From IMG/VR virus record IMGVR_UViG_3300018048_000033, positions 1 to 31,242 of that record: a DNA stretch of 31,242 nucleotides; one strand, written 5' to 3'. A model generated the notes under the pieces. That model had not been told where the DNA came from and did not search any database. It saw only the letters and a program-made list of their open reading frames with translations. Positions 1 through 9,611 of the stretch are shown piece by piece. The DNA is from a virus (lineage: Duplodnaviria > Caudoviricetes). The stretch's first letter is position 1; every line of letters starts with the position of its first letter. A program made the translations under genes and the position numbers.

Positions 1-555
1 ATACGCCGGAACTCCGAGTGGCGATGTAATCGGCGTAGGTGCGGCAACCGACGCTACCGTCGGCGCGGCAACCGGCGCTTGACCTGAGAAAATCATTTTG
101 AACGCGTTATCAAAGTAAGTCGGGTCGTCGGCGTGATCGTTGCTGATCTCAAAGTGCCACCAATCTCCGCCTTGCGAACCGATAGTGGGTTTGTCGTAAA
201 CCTTCCAAGCGTTACGATCGCACTTCCAACCGCGACCGTGAGGCGCTAGGTAGTAGTCGTGAATCTCCTCAATCGTGAGAAGTTCGGCGTGCTGAACGAG
301 GAAGTCAACGACTTGTAAAGCGGTTTGATAGTCGCCGTAACCTTTACCGTCCGCGCGACGTTTCCAAGACATATCGGCAGCGCGACCAGTCCCGTGAACT
401 GACGGCTTATCCGAACCGCGAATAGCGCGAACAACCCAAGTCCCGTTGTTATACACGCCACCGTTAAAAACGTATGATAGCAGTTGAACAAGTTTTTCCG
501 TACCGGCACGACGGCCAGTAGCGTCCTTATCCCAACCTGTATATTTGCGCGACAT
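1..555 (-). CDS. Endolysin, M15-like zinc peptidase domain (runs off the window edge; absent from the ORF track)
   Basis: Manual translation from ATG at 555 (SD GAGGAG upstream): MSRKYTGWDKDATGRRAGTEKL...NGTWVVRAIRGSDKPSVHGTGRAADMSW...GGDWWHFEIS..., open to base 1. It has the SxHxxGxAxD and HxE motifs of M15/LAS peptidases, then a Pro/Ala linker, and lies after the tail genes. Confidence 0.8.
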   Translation of the reverse strand, partial: MSRKYTGWDKDATGRRAGTEKLVQLLSYVFNGGVYNNGTWVVRAIRGSDKPSVHGTGRAADMSWKRRADGKGYGDYQTALQVVDFLVQHAELLTIEEIHDYYLAPHGRGWKCDRNAWKVYDKPTIGSQGGDWWHFEISNDHADDPTYFDNAFKMIFSGQAPVAAPTVASVAAPTPITSPLGVPAY

Positions 556-606
556 TTTTTCTCCTCAGAAAACCAATTCAACATTACCGGATAACCGGCG
601 TATCAA

Positions 607-615
607 ATTGTATCA
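607..615 (-). promoter_or_regulatory. Putative extended -10 promoter (TGaTACAAT) for the lysis gene
   Basis: Minus strand reads ctGATACAATTTGA about 50 nt upstream of the endolysin ATG; the same TGnTACAATTTGA core occurs at 10690-10702. Confidence 0.5.
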
Positions 616-630
616 GCGAAATAGCCGGAG

Positions 631-801
631 TTATTCCCCGACCATATGAGGCATAGTGTCGCCTTCGTGCGTTGTTGTTTGCTGAGTGTTGTTAGACGGT
701 TCGGGAAGTTTCGCTAACGCTTCTAATTCTTCAGCGTTCATATCACGATACTCCCAAGTGTCCGTATAAGCGTCATAGATACCAATTTGCGGTGTAGTCA
801 T
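631..801 (-). CDS. Small tail-tip-associated protein
   Basis: Start reassigned to ATG 801 (TAATG overlap with the upstream stop). MTTPQIGIYDAYTDTWEYRDMNAEELEAL resembles the short 'R(E/D)MxxEE' proteins that follow tail-fibre genes. Confidence 0.55.
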   Translation of the reverse strand: MTTPQIGIYDAYTDTWEYRDMNAEELEALAKLPEPSNNTQQTTTHEGDTMPHMVGE

Positions 802-1379
802 TAGCCTCTCCTGTACTGATAAACATTTACTTTGCAACTAAAGTTTACTCCAAGGTAAGAAACAAGTTGAAAGCCTCGCATTGACCTAGTTGTGTAGTTG
901 CACCAACCACCATACATAGACAAGTTTGGATAAGCAGCATTACCGCCAGCACCCATACCGATCATACTCATACCTTGAGAACCTCCGTTAAGGTGGTAAA
1001 AATCACAATTAAAGTTAGCGACAGCATTACTGATCGGACCAACATTCCATACGCTGGTTGCAGTACTCCAGTTTGAATCTAATGCTCCGGCAGCGTTACA
1101 ACCGTAATAACCTATTTGATAGACATTTGTTGAAATAACATTGCCTAAGGAGTCAATGGCTCTTAAAAAAAGTCCCGTTGCTGAAGAAGCAACAACATTA
1201 GAGATAACCACCCGTGTCCACCGAGAAAGACCGGAGTTGTTAATACTGTTGTCAATATTGTATGTGCTAGTTCCAGAACAAGATGTTGAAGAAACCCAAG
1301 TCGCTGCACCATTACCAACAAACCTATTGAGACTGTCGGGTGTTATTGGTTGCCCGTCTTTAATAGTTCTAAAACTCAT
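801..1379 (-). CDS. Putative tail fibre/receptor-binding protein, paralogue 3
   Basis: 192 aa, G/S/T/N-rich, ends VNVYQYRRG like its two upstream neighbours; coupled start/stop overlaps. Confidence 0.55.
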   Translation of the reverse strand: MSFRTIKDGQPITPDSLNRFVGNGAATWVSSTSCSGTSTYNIDNSINNSGLSRWTRVVISNVVASSATGLFLRAIDSLGNVISTNVYQIGYYGCNAAGALDSNWSTATSVWNVGPISNAVANFNCDFYHLNGGSQGMSMIGMGAGGNAAYPNLSMYGGWCNYTTRSMRGFQLVSYLGVNFSCKVNVYQYRRG

Positions 1380-1957
1380 GTTTGTCTCATTCCATAAACT
1401 CTGACCGTCATGTAGTTCGTATAGGTATTAAGGTTATAGAAAAGCAAAGCGTCACAAACCGTTGCGGTGTTGACATCTATCGCAATATTGTAGTTCCTAG
1501 TAACAGCACCAACCGGTCCAATATTTCTACAAGTTATTGCTTTACCCGACGATAATGCTGGTCTATACACCATCATTTGAAAGTTGCTTGGCTTTGTTGA
1601 GTCAATAGATAACTCTCCAAGTTGACAATACGCTTGAGCAGAAGCCCCACTGAAAGCACTGCCCCCATCGCTACCAATATAATGCTGTCCCCAATAATAC
1701 TCGTTCGTACCAATTTGATTAGCAGGAGAATTGCTGTAAGTTAACTTACAACGCAAAGTTTGAGTAGCAGTCACACAAGTAGCATTACTAATTGAAACAA
1801 AATAGTTCTCAAACTCCGAAGTGAAAACAGAACCGGTCCAAACTAACTGTGCTGCTTGAGTGCTTTCGTAAAGCATTTTCATGTAATGATTAGCACCGTA
1901 AGTGTTCAAGTCCGAGATAGACGGAATCTCGCTATTAGTCCAAGTCTTAACACCCAT
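1376..1957 (-). CDS. Putative tail fibre/receptor-binding protein, paralogue 2
   Basis: 193 aa; N-terminal KTWTNSEIPSISDLNTY-type attachment motif; VFTSEFENYFV; ends VRVYGMRQT. Confidence 0.55.
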   Translation of the reverse strand: MGVKTWTNSEIPSISDLNTYGANHYMKMLYESTQAAQLVWTGSVFTSEFENYFVSISNATCVTATQTLRCKLTYSNSPANQIGTNEYYWGQHYIGSDGGSAFSGASAQAYCQLGELSIDSTKPSNFQMMVYRPALSSGKAITCRNIGPVGAVTRNYNIAIDVNTATVCDALLFYNLNTYTNYMTVRVYGMRQT

Positions 1958-2532
1958 TACGATCTCCTCATTCCGTAAACATAAATTGAACCGGTTAGGT
2001 TTCCGCCAGCCTGTTGAGTGATCTGAAAACCGTTTACTATTCCGGAGGTCGGATATCTAGACGCACCCCAACCGAGGTAAAGACCGCCCATATCAAATAG
2101 TTGTTCGGTTGTTGTGTCAACATTGGACACAAACGGGTTACGAATAATAATCTGCCCGACTGTTGGATTAGTTGTGGAAGGTGTGGCGGTATAACCGCAT
2201 TTACACCCATCGTCGCTCGTGCTAGCCCAACTGCCTGTTACACCCGTACCGTAATAAAACCACATACCAGCGTTAATATAAGTACCAGCACCTTGAACAG
2301 TTGAGTTTTGAAGAAAACTAATTATTTGATATTGGTTTACGACTGACGAAGTGCAGTTAAACAAAACTAAATAATCTTGATAGTCCCTTGAGAAAACATC
2401 AGTAACTTGAGTAGTCGCTGCTGCTGTCATTGTTTGTTCTTTAATAAAAACAAAACCGGCGTTACTGCCGAGCGACTCTACTGACGAACCCGGGAGACCA
2501 TAAGGTGGATACGAGTAACTTCCGGTAGCCAT
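1957..2532 (-). CDS. Putative tail fibre/receptor-binding protein, paralogue 1
   Basis: 191 aa; GFVFIKEQT...VFSRDYQDYLV...GSIYVYGMRRS. Confidence 0.55.
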   Translation of the reverse strand: MATGSYSYPPYGLPGSSVESLGSNAGFVFIKEQTMTAAATTQVTDVFSRDYQDYLVLFNCTSSVVNQYQIISFLQNSTVQGAGTYINAGMWFYYGTGVTGSWASTSDDGCKCGYTATPSTTNPTVGQIIIRNPFVSNVDTTTEQLFDMGGLYLGWGASRYPTSGIVNGFQITQQAGGNLTGSIYVYGMRRS

Positions 2533-4301
2533 TAGACGGTTCTCCCGTATCTAAAATAGTTGCTATCTAAAACTGACGCCGAGTCGTTTTTAGTACCAAC
2601 CCATTCAGCAGGTCGTAAACTACCATCAAAATATTCGTTGAGCGTTGAACCGGTTTCCAGCATACAATTGTCAATATACACGGTTTGACCAACAGCAAGG
2701 GTGCTTGTTGACTCAACTAACAAAGCGACACGCACAGTAGTAGAACTTGTTGTGTAAGTAACACTAAGGCGAGTGAAAACTCCCCTAGTAACAGTCGTGG
2801 TCGTTCCAACTGCGCTTGTCGTGGCAGCGTTAGCAATAGTGTAACCGTTGGCAGTAACTCGCCAGTTAGTGTTCGCTGTATTGCTTGTGGGCGTATAGAT
2901 ATAAGCGCTGAAGGTATAAGTAGTGCTTGCTAAAACAACAACTCTTTTGTTTGGTTCGTTTTTGTCGCCAACTTGAATCCATTGACCAGCCGTGCCAGTT
3001 GATACCGTTCCCAAACAAGAACCATAACCAATAAAAATACCGTCAATATTTGTTGGATAAGTACCGTCGCTGTAATTCATCGCTACGGAAAACTTTGTAC
3101 CGGTGTAACCGAGGACATCGGTTTCTGCTGAAGGGTTAGGTAGCAAGTTATATCTAGACACACCAAGTTTTGCGTAGTTATCACTACCGCCTAAACCTAC
3201 TACGAAAGGACAAAACATATTTGCTGGCATACAAGTCAAAGTAAACACTGTAGTGCTAGGCGTAGCGTTACACTCAATGTTTGCTACAAAAACCCATTCA
3301 TACTTTAAGTCCGAGGAACCAGCAGTTCTATAAAACAATTTGATTCCCGGGCTATTATTAAGAACTCCGTAATTCAAAAACTCAGCAAAAGCAGCCGAGT
3401 CTTGAGCCTCTGCCGTAAAACTTACAGTGAAAATCTGTACTGCTCGGTCAGACAAAATGCTCGCCAACCAGTTAGCGGTACTTAACGCTGTTGCCGTTGC
3501 GTAGTCGTAAGTTCCTCTTGAATAATCACGCTGATCGTAGTTTGCTATAGAAGTTGAGTTTGTACCAACTTGTCCCGACAAACCAGCAGGAGTAACAGTA
3601 ACCGAGTTTGCTAACTCCGAATCTAAATAGTTTCTATCTATTGACTCATAAACAATGTTGGTAGTTGAGGCGTCAGGTGTCAGCGTCTCAGGTACACCAC
3701 TAAACCAATAAACATGGTCAATATAAGAAGGAAAGAAAATATAACCAACACCAGCACGAACTAAGTTTGCTTCCGTTTGCTGTGTTGTTTGCAAATACTG
3801 AAGCACTGTCCCAGTATAAGTTTGCGCTCCTTGAGCAATACCGTAAGCGTAAGCACTAGCAGGTCTTGCAAACTTAATAAGTGACGGGATTGAACCGTTG
3901 AACTGTTCAAGTTGCTGTTCCGTGCTTGTTTGAGTAATTGCTTTGCTTGTAACTCTTGACTTGCCAATACGACCTAGAACGCCCGTACAATTTAAAGTTG
4001 CCGTAGCACCTTTAAGACTTCCGTGAGCATCCGAATAACTAACAGAATCTACAAAGCAAAGCATTCCGCTGTAACCGTTAACGGTAATAGTAATAGCCGT
4101 ACCAAGATCAAAAGCCTTTGCTTGATTGTTGTCGTTGTTGATAACAATAGTTGCTTGTCCGGGACTAGGAGTATCAGTGAAAGTTGTTTGACCAAAACTG
4201 TATGTAGCATTAAGCACCCACCTTGTAAAACTAATGCGCGGGTCGCTTGTAGTAGAAACAGATGGTGGATAAGGCGAATAAGAAAAACCCAACACAGACA
4301 T
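2532..4301 (-). CDS. Minor tail (tail-tip/hub) protein with a C-terminal carbohydrate-binding-like jelly-roll
   Basis: Directly after the tape measure; the C-terminal NLLPNPSAET...YTFSAYIY...VYIDNCMLETGSTLNEYFDG pattern is typical of CBM-like tail domains. Confidence 0.7.
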   Translation of the reverse strand: MSVLGFSYSPYPPSVSTTSDPRISFTRWVLNATYSFGQTTFTDTPSPGQATIVINNDNNQAKAFDLGTAITITVNGYSGMLCFVDSVSYSDAHGSLKGATATLNCTGVLGRIGKSRVTSKAITQTSTEQQLEQFNGSIPSLIKFARPASAYAYGIAQGAQTYTGTVLQYLQTTQQTEANLVRAGVGYIFFPSYIDHVYWFSGVPETLTPDASTTNIVYESIDRNYLDSELANSVTVTPAGLSGQVGTNSTSIANYDQRDYSRGTYDYATATALSTANWLASILSDRAVQIFTVSFTAEAQDSAAFAEFLNYGVLNNSPGIKLFYRTAGSSDLKYEWVFVANIECNATPSTTVFTLTCMPANMFCPFVVGLGGSDNYAKLGVSRYNLLPNPSAETDVLGYTGTKFSVAMNYSDGTYPTNIDGIFIGYGSCLGTVSTGTAGQWIQVGDKNEPNKRVVVLASTTYTFSAYIYTPTSNTANTNWRVTANGYTIANAATTSAVGTTTTVTRGVFTRLSVTYTTSSTTVRVALLVESTSTLAVGQTVYIDNCMLETGSTLNEYFDGSLRPAEWVGTKNDSASVLDSNYFRYGRTV

Positions 4302-7300
4302 TAGAACGCTCTTGTGTTAAACGGTGCGGGACCGAAACGACGGTTGTAATCTTGAATTGCCGCAACAACATCTTTACCGTCAGAACCCGGAGGCATATTT
4401 ATCACAATATTATTAGTGGTTGTACCGCCACCAAACTCGCCCATGCGTGACAAAGGAATGATTGCTTCCGGTCCTGCCTCACCAATTACGCCGAGCGACG
4501 CCTTAGTGGCGATACCACCGTCAGCATGGAAGCCTGAGAAGTCAAGACCCGGAGGTAAGTAAATGCCGTTAATGATTGCGCCACCGTTATACAACGGACC
4601 GTCATTCCAATTGGTTTGTTGGCCGGGAGTCAGGTTCGCAATCGCAGCGTTTGATGCTTGCGTAAATCCACTCAAATCAAATCCGGACGGAAGTGTCGGT
4701 ATTGCTGCTGCTGCTGTTGCTGCCGGTGCTGCTGTTGCTGCTGGATTAACTGTGCTAACAGCGTTCTGAGTATTCGCAACAATCGCAGCAATCAAATCTT
4801 TAATCGTGTCATTAGCGTCAGTCAAAGCCGTTTGAAGAATATTGTTGGCGCTAGTCAAGTCAGCAATTTGAGTACCGAAAACTAGGTCACCAAACATTGC
4901 GCCCGTTGTTTGAGTTTCTGTAGTTAAATCTTTAACAAGTTGCTTGTAATCTTCAATATCTTGGAACGATGAAGAATCAAGTAGCACTTGACCCATAACA
5001 GTTCCGTCAATAGGACCAGCAGCAATAACTTGCTCAATGAAATACGGAGGGAAGCCGGCGTCCGCAAGACCTTTGACAACCGATTTAAAGTTTTTGATCT
5101 TGTCAATACTCTCCCGAAGTTTTGCTTTAATTTTTTCCGGGCTGAATTGAGTAACGTCTAGTTGACCAATCTCGCCAAGGTTCTTTGCCGTCTCACCAGT
5201 GATCTTGTCAAGGTTGAACTTGCCCATACCGGACAAAGCATCTTCAGTTGACGAAACAAAACCCTTACGTGCGTTGATTGCATTTTCTAAAGCCTTAGAA
5301 CTATCCTCAAACTTTTTAGCCAGTTCATCTCTAGCAGTAGCAAGGTCAGCGAGTTGTGTTCCTTGCGCAGCGATCTGGTCAAAGTATGTTTTTGTTTGCG
5401 GTAGTTCACGAATACCTAGCCGGACTGCTTCTTCAAGCAAGTCTGTAATGGCTTTACCAATTTGCTTTGGCGTAGCACCAACTAAACCTTCTGCCCAATC
5501 CGCTGACATTATTGCGTCAGCAAAAGACTTCGTGTCTTTCAACCAGCCTTCAACCCACGCAAACGGGTTGTCCGGTTTAGGCGCACCGCCACCGCCACCG
5601 CCACCGCCTCTACTACCGCCACCGCTAGTAATACCGATAGCCGACTTGATTGCTTTAAGGTCGGCCAAAGTTTTACTGAGTCGTGCGGTGGTATCGCCCG
5701 TTGCAGCGCCGGCAGCCCACAACATATTGCCAATGGCTGCTTCAACATTGGCAATCTGTTCGTCAAGATCAGCAGTGTTGATAGCGAAGTTGATACCAAA
5801 CTTTGCTTCAAGACCGTCAAGTAGTCCCATTGCGCCAATAAGGTTTCTTACTTCGTCGTCAGTGTAACCGGCTGCACGAGCAGCGTCGCCTAAACGAATA
5901 ACCATAAGAGCGACTGTTTCCATTGCCTGTTTATTATTGCCACCATATTGTGCGGTCTTTAACAACAAGTCAGTGATCTGTTTCGCTTGTTCACGGTAAG
6001 CGTTGCTGAGATCAAGAGACGACTTACCAGAACCATCAAATGAGTCAGCAAGTTTTTCGTTCTTGTCAATAGCGTCTTGAGTTGATAACACTAATTCATT
6101 AGCGAGCATCTCATCAAGCAAACCTAGTTTCGCTAAGAACTTATCTTGAGAAACAGTACCCTTGTCTGACTCTGAGGCCAACTCACCGTAGATACTAGAT
6201 AGTTCTTGAACACGTACGCCTGCTGTAGTAACTGCTTCCGGGAACACGCCAGCCAAACCGCCCAAGAAAGCATTTTGTGCTGCTGTTACGCTTTCCGTAC
6301 GTTGTTGTAACGCTTGAAGTGTGAAGGTGTAAACGTCTGTACGACCAGCAGCCTCAGCCATCGCTGCACCCGTACCAAGAATCGCGTTGTAAACATCACT
6401 GCCGAGTATTGAAGAAAAGTACAGAGCAGTATCAGCGCTTTGAAGAAGTTTCTTATTCTCATCATCAAGCGCTTCTCGGTTATCGTCAAAAGCGTTAGAT
6501 AGGTCGTGCAAGTTCAACAACAAATCTTTGACTTGAGCGCCGGTCATATCGCCTGCTTTAACTGCTGCGAGCAAAGTATCAGCAAACGGTGTGCCGGCGT
6601 CTGCTGCGAGCCTCAAAGCATTTTGAACGCCTAATGCTGCCTCGCCAGTATAAGTGAGTTGTTCATACGAAAGGCCAAGCAAGGTGTCGCCAAGATCACC
6701 AAACGCATCAGTGCCGGTTGATACTGCTGCGCCAACTTGTTCCATTGTTAAACCGAGACTAGATATCTCATCGTTGATACCAAGAGTTACGGACTCGGCA
6801 GTAGCGAAAGCGGTTGCGACGTTATCGGCAGCATTGGCGGTTGCTGGTAAGGCGTTTTGTAATTTGACGTACTCGTCAACAAGACCTTTGACTTGATCGT
6901 GAAGTACGGCGGTCGGTTCGCCGGCTGACCTAAATGCTTCGGTCAAACGCTCTTGTCTTTCTTTCGCTTCTTTAGCGTTCTGACTAAACGTGTACCAAAC
7001 TGCTGCGATAGCAACAACCGCCACAGCAACACCAGCAATGATCGGACCGGCAGCAGCGAATTGCGCCATCGCACTAGCAAACGCTTCGGTTGCCATTGCT
7101 GCTTTCAAAGCAAGCCACGCTTTAGATAAAGAACCAAGCATGATAAGTAACGGTCCGGCAACAGCAACGAGTCCACCAAAAACAACAATGATTGTCTTAA
7201 CAAAGTCCGGCATTGCGTTAATGGCCGTCATAACTTTTTCAAATGCTGTCGCAAGAAACTTCAACGCCGGGACAACCAACGGTATTAACACTTCACCGAG

Positions 7301-8590
7301 GCTAATAAAAGCATCTTTCATTTCAGCCATGACTTGCTTCATTTTGAACGCGCCTGTTTGAGACATCGCTTGGAACGCTTTGTCTGCGTCGCCGGTGTCA
7401 TCGGCGAGGTTCGCAAATATCTTGGTCGTGCTTTCAGTAGCAGCACCGAACATACTCATAATACCGGTCAACGCTCTCACGTTACCGAACACGGCTGCTT
7501 GCGCTTCATCATTATCACCGAACGCTGTTGTTAGCGTTTGTAATGTTGACAACAAGCCTTTGTCTTTAATTTGTTGACGCAAACCGGCGCTACTCAAACC
7601 GAAACTAGCCATCGTTTCTTCGGCTTCTTTAGTCGGTTGAAGTAATGACGACATAATCGCACGCAACTGAGTTGCTGCTTCACTAGCGTCCGTACCGTTA
7701 CGACTCATCGCAGCAAACGCTGCGCCGACCTCGTTAAAAGAAACGCCCATAGCCGAAGCAATAGGTAACACTCTTGGTAAAGCGCCTGCCAACTGATCGG
7801 CTTCCATCTTGCCTTCACGAACGGCAGCAACCATCAAGTCCGTCGCAGCAGCAGCAGATAAGTTTTCTACACCGTAAGCGTTCAACGCCGACGAAACCGT
7901 GTCAGCAATAATGCTTGTATCGCCCATACCGATTGCCGACGCCTTCAATGACTGCTCAAGAACCGTCATTGCTGTCGCACCGTCAATACCTGCCGACGCA
8001 ACAAAGTACAAAGCGTCAGCAGCCTTAGTCGCACTGCCACCGTATTCCTTAGCCATTTCACGTGCAGCAATACCCATGTCGGCAACCTTGTCCTCAGACA
8101 AACCAACCATCGCAACGATTGACTGCATAGAGAACTCAAAGTCGTTAGCCGTCTTGATTGCCTGACCGCCGGCGAGCAACATTGGTGCAGTCAAAGCCAT
8201 TGACATCTTTGACCCAACAGCGGTCATCTTGCTACCCATGTCAGTAAACTTGTTACCGACACGAGCAGCGCTTTCGCTAGCGTGCTCTATTTTCTTAGAG
8301 TCGGCAGCAACCTTGCGTGCCATTTCGTGATACGCAAGAGCAAAATCGTTAGTACCGTAAGAGGCTTTCTCGTACGCTTGTTCAACTTTGCTAAGAGACT
8401 GCTTCGTCTCTTGAGAAACTTTCTGAACTGCTTTAGCAGTTTTGTCGGCTGATTGGCCGGCTTTAGTAGCACTATCGCTAGAAGCAGTAGCGAACTTAGA
8501 AACAGCAGCAGTGGCTTGATTAGCAGCAGCAACAAGTTTGCTTGAGTCGCCTACGAACTCTGCTTTAACTTGTCCGACATTTGCTGACAC
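4301..8590 (-). CDS. Tape measure protein (TP901-type core)
   Basis: 1429 aa, Ala-rich helical; core motifs AADALYFVASAG...LPIASAMGVSFNEVGAAFAAMS...AATQLRAIM; hydrophobic central segment; follows the tail chaperone. Confidence 0.95.
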   Translation of the reverse strand: MSANVGQVKAEFVGDSSKLVAAANQATAAVSKFATASSDSATKAGQSADKTAKAVQKVSQETKQSLSKVEQAYEKASYGTNDFALAYHEMARKVAADSKKIEHASESAARVGNKFTDMGSKMTAVGSKMSMALTAPMLLAGGQAIKTANDFEFSMQSIVAMVGLSEDKVADMGIAAREMAKEYGGSATKAADALYFVASAGIDGATAMTVLEQSLKASAIGMGDTSIIADTVSSALNAYGVENLSAAAATDLMVAAVREGKMEADQLAGALPRVLPIASAMGVSFNEVGAAFAAMSRNGTDASEAATQLRAIMSSLLQPTKEAEETMASFGLSSAGLRQQIKDKGLLSTLQTLTTAFGDNDEAQAAVFGNVRALTGIMSMFGAATESTTKIFANLADDTGDADKAFQAMSQTGAFKMKQVMAEMKDAFISLGEVLIPLVVPALKFLATAFEKVMTAINAMPDFVKTIIVVFGGLVAVAGPLLIMLGSLSKAWLALKAAMATEAFASAMAQFAAAGPIIAGVAVAVVAIAAVWYTFSQNAKEAKERQERLTEAFRSAGEPTAVLHDQVKGLVDEYVKLQNALPATANAADNVATAFATAESVTLGINDEISSLGLTMEQVGAAVSTGTDAFGDLGDTLLGLSYEQLTYTGEAALGVQNALRLAADAGTPFADTLLAAVKAGDMTGAQVKDLLLNLHDLSNAFDDNREALDDENKKLLQSADTALYFSSILGSDVYNAILGTGAAMAEAAGRTDVYTFTLQALQQRTESVTAAQNAFLGGLAGVFPEAVTTAGVRVQELSSIYGELASESDKGTVSQDKFLAKLGLLDEMLANELVLSTQDAIDKNEKLADSFDGSGKSSLDLSNAYREQAKQITDLLLKTAQYGGNNKQAMETVALMVIRLGDAARAAGYTDDEVRNLIGAMGLLDGLEAKFGINFAINTADLDEQIANVEAAIGNMLWAAGAATGDTTARLSKTLADLKAIKSAIGITSGGGSRGGGGGGGGAPKPDNPFAWVEGWLKDTKSFADAIMSADWAEGLVGATPKQIGKAITDLLEEAVRLGIRELPQTKTYFDQIAAQGTQLADLATARDELAKKFEDSSKALENAINARKGFVSSTEDALSGMGKFNLDKITGETAKNLGEIGQLDVTQFSPEKIKAKLRESIDKIKNFKSVVKGLADAGFPPYFIEQVIAAGPIDGTVMGQVLLDSSSFQDIEDYKQLVKDLTTETQTTGAMFGDLVFGTQIADLTSANNILQTALTDANDTIKDLIAAIVANTQNAVSTVNPAATAAPAATAAAAIPTLPSGFDLSGFTQASNAAIANLTPGQQTNWNDGPLYNGGAIINGIYLPPGLDFSGFHADGGIATKASLGVIGEAGPEAIIPLSRMGEFGGGTTTNNIVINMPPGSDGKDVVAAIQDYNRRFGPAPFNTRAF

Positions 8591-8592
8591 TG

Positions 8593-9152
8593 TTACCGTT
8601 TCCTTTTAGATCGCTGTTCTGCTACTTGCCTTTGGTGCTCCCTCTCGCTGTTCTCAATTTTATATAACGCAATCCATTCCGTTATTTCGTAACTGTCCAT
8701 GCGGTCAAGTAACTCACCAACCGTCATGCACAGTTCACGTGCTAACTGGAAGTAGAATCTGCGTTCAGGATTGGTGCGTCCATGTTTGTCGGGGAATCCG
8801 AGGAAACTTTTCCCGCTTCGTCAACGGACTTTTCTTTGAGTCCCGAAACTTCAAGGCACGAGTTGACGATACGGTCAACAACAACGCCGGACTTTTCGTT
8901 AAGCAACCATTCCATGTCGCTTTCGTCAAAAAGAAGTTCGTTGGTTTCCGGGTCAAAACAACATGACGTGAGAACGCTACGCCACAAAGTTTCAATGCGG
9001 TCAGTTGTTGCGCCTTGGTCAAACGACGAAGCAAACTTTGCACGTTGACGAGCGCTCATTGAACGCACCTCAAGTGTTACGTCCCATTCGTCAACCGTAA
9101 TTGACTCACGAGCCATGTCGGCTGATGATCTGATCTTGTCTTTTATGGACAC
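8593..9152 (-). CDS. Tail assembly chaperone long form (gpGT-like) via -1 frameshift
   Basis: After G GGA AAA the -1 frame reads SFLGFPDKHGRTNPERRFYFQLARELCMTVGELLDRMDSYEITEWIALYKIENSEREHQRQVAEQRSKRKR* and stops at 8593, just before the tape measure start. Confidence 0.85.
8742..9152 (-). CDS. Tail assembly chaperone (gpG-like, short form)
   Basis: Between tail tube and tape measure; VDEWDVTLEVRSMSARQR motif. GTG 9152 fits SD AAGGAAG spacing better than GTG 9161. Confidence 0.85.
   Translation of the reverse strand: MSIKDKIRSSADMARESITVDEWDVTLEVRSMSARQRAKFASSFDQGATTDRIETLWRSVLTSCCFDPETNELLFDESDMEWLLNEKSGVVVDRIVNSCLEVSGLKEKSVDEAGKVSSDSPTNMDAPILNADSTSS
8808..8814 (-). other. -1 ribosomal frameshift slippery heptamer GGGAAAA
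   Basis: GAA GCG GGA AAA GTT (EAGKV); X XXY YYZ pattern at the canonical G/GT position. Confidence 0.85.
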
Positions 9153-9185
9153 TGTGGTCACTTCCTTTGTTTGTTATTGCTGAGA

Positions 9186-9596
9186 TCAGTATGTGGTGCG
9201 AGTAACTGTGCCAGTGACTTGAAGGTCAAGACTGTAAGTTACCACGTCGCCAACAGGGTTGCTGATGGAGTACGAAGTCACAATTGCTTCACCGGTATAC
9301 TTCACGTTACCGGCGGTTGAACCGGCAGGACCGTACACGAACGAACGTGAAGCAGGCTCAGCGCCACCAGTGATGTAACCGTCAACGGTTGAGTCCCAAA
9401 TACCTGAGCATGAGATCGTTGCGTCCTCAAGGCCAACGATGTATGACTTGGCTGACGAACCGAACGCAGTGGTTTCGGCGACGTCAATACTTGCCGGGAA
9501 GTCAACGCTAGTCAGCGTGTTGCTGATATCGCGAACTGAACCGGAGGTGTCATCAAGAGTGAAGTTAGTTGACTTACCATGAACGAATGTGGGCAT
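9186..9596 (-). CDS. Major tail tube protein
   Basis: 136 aa; AETTAFGSSAKSYIVGLEDATISCSG...YTGEAIVTSYSISNPVGDVVTYSLDLQVTG; directly upstream of the chaperone. Confidence 0.85.
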   Translation of the reverse strand: MPTFVHGKSTNFTLDDTSGSVRDISNTLTSVDFPASIDVAETTAFGSSAKSYIVGLEDATISCSGIWDSTVDGYITGGAEPASRSFVYGPAGSTAGNVKYTGEAIVTSYSISNPVGDVVTYSLDLQVTGTVTRTTY

Positions 9597-9611
9597 GATT
9601 ATTCCTTTGTG

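Noticed and set aside
246-584. 112-aa minus-strand ORF from the track
   Set aside because: Alternative frame over the endolysin gene, which has the SD and catalytic motifs.
801-2532. Possible diversity-generating retroelement acting on the tail-tip paralogues
   Set aside because: No reverse transcriptase or near-identical template/variable repeat pair seen in the window.
5581-5625. (CCGCCA)n tandem repeat
   Set aside because: Encodes the poly-Gly linker of the tape measure protein; not an independent repeat element.
5199-8165. Long plus-strand ORFs opposite the tape measure (and similar ones opposite MuF, portal and capsid)
   Set aside because: Antisense shadows with no SD or recognisable motifs.
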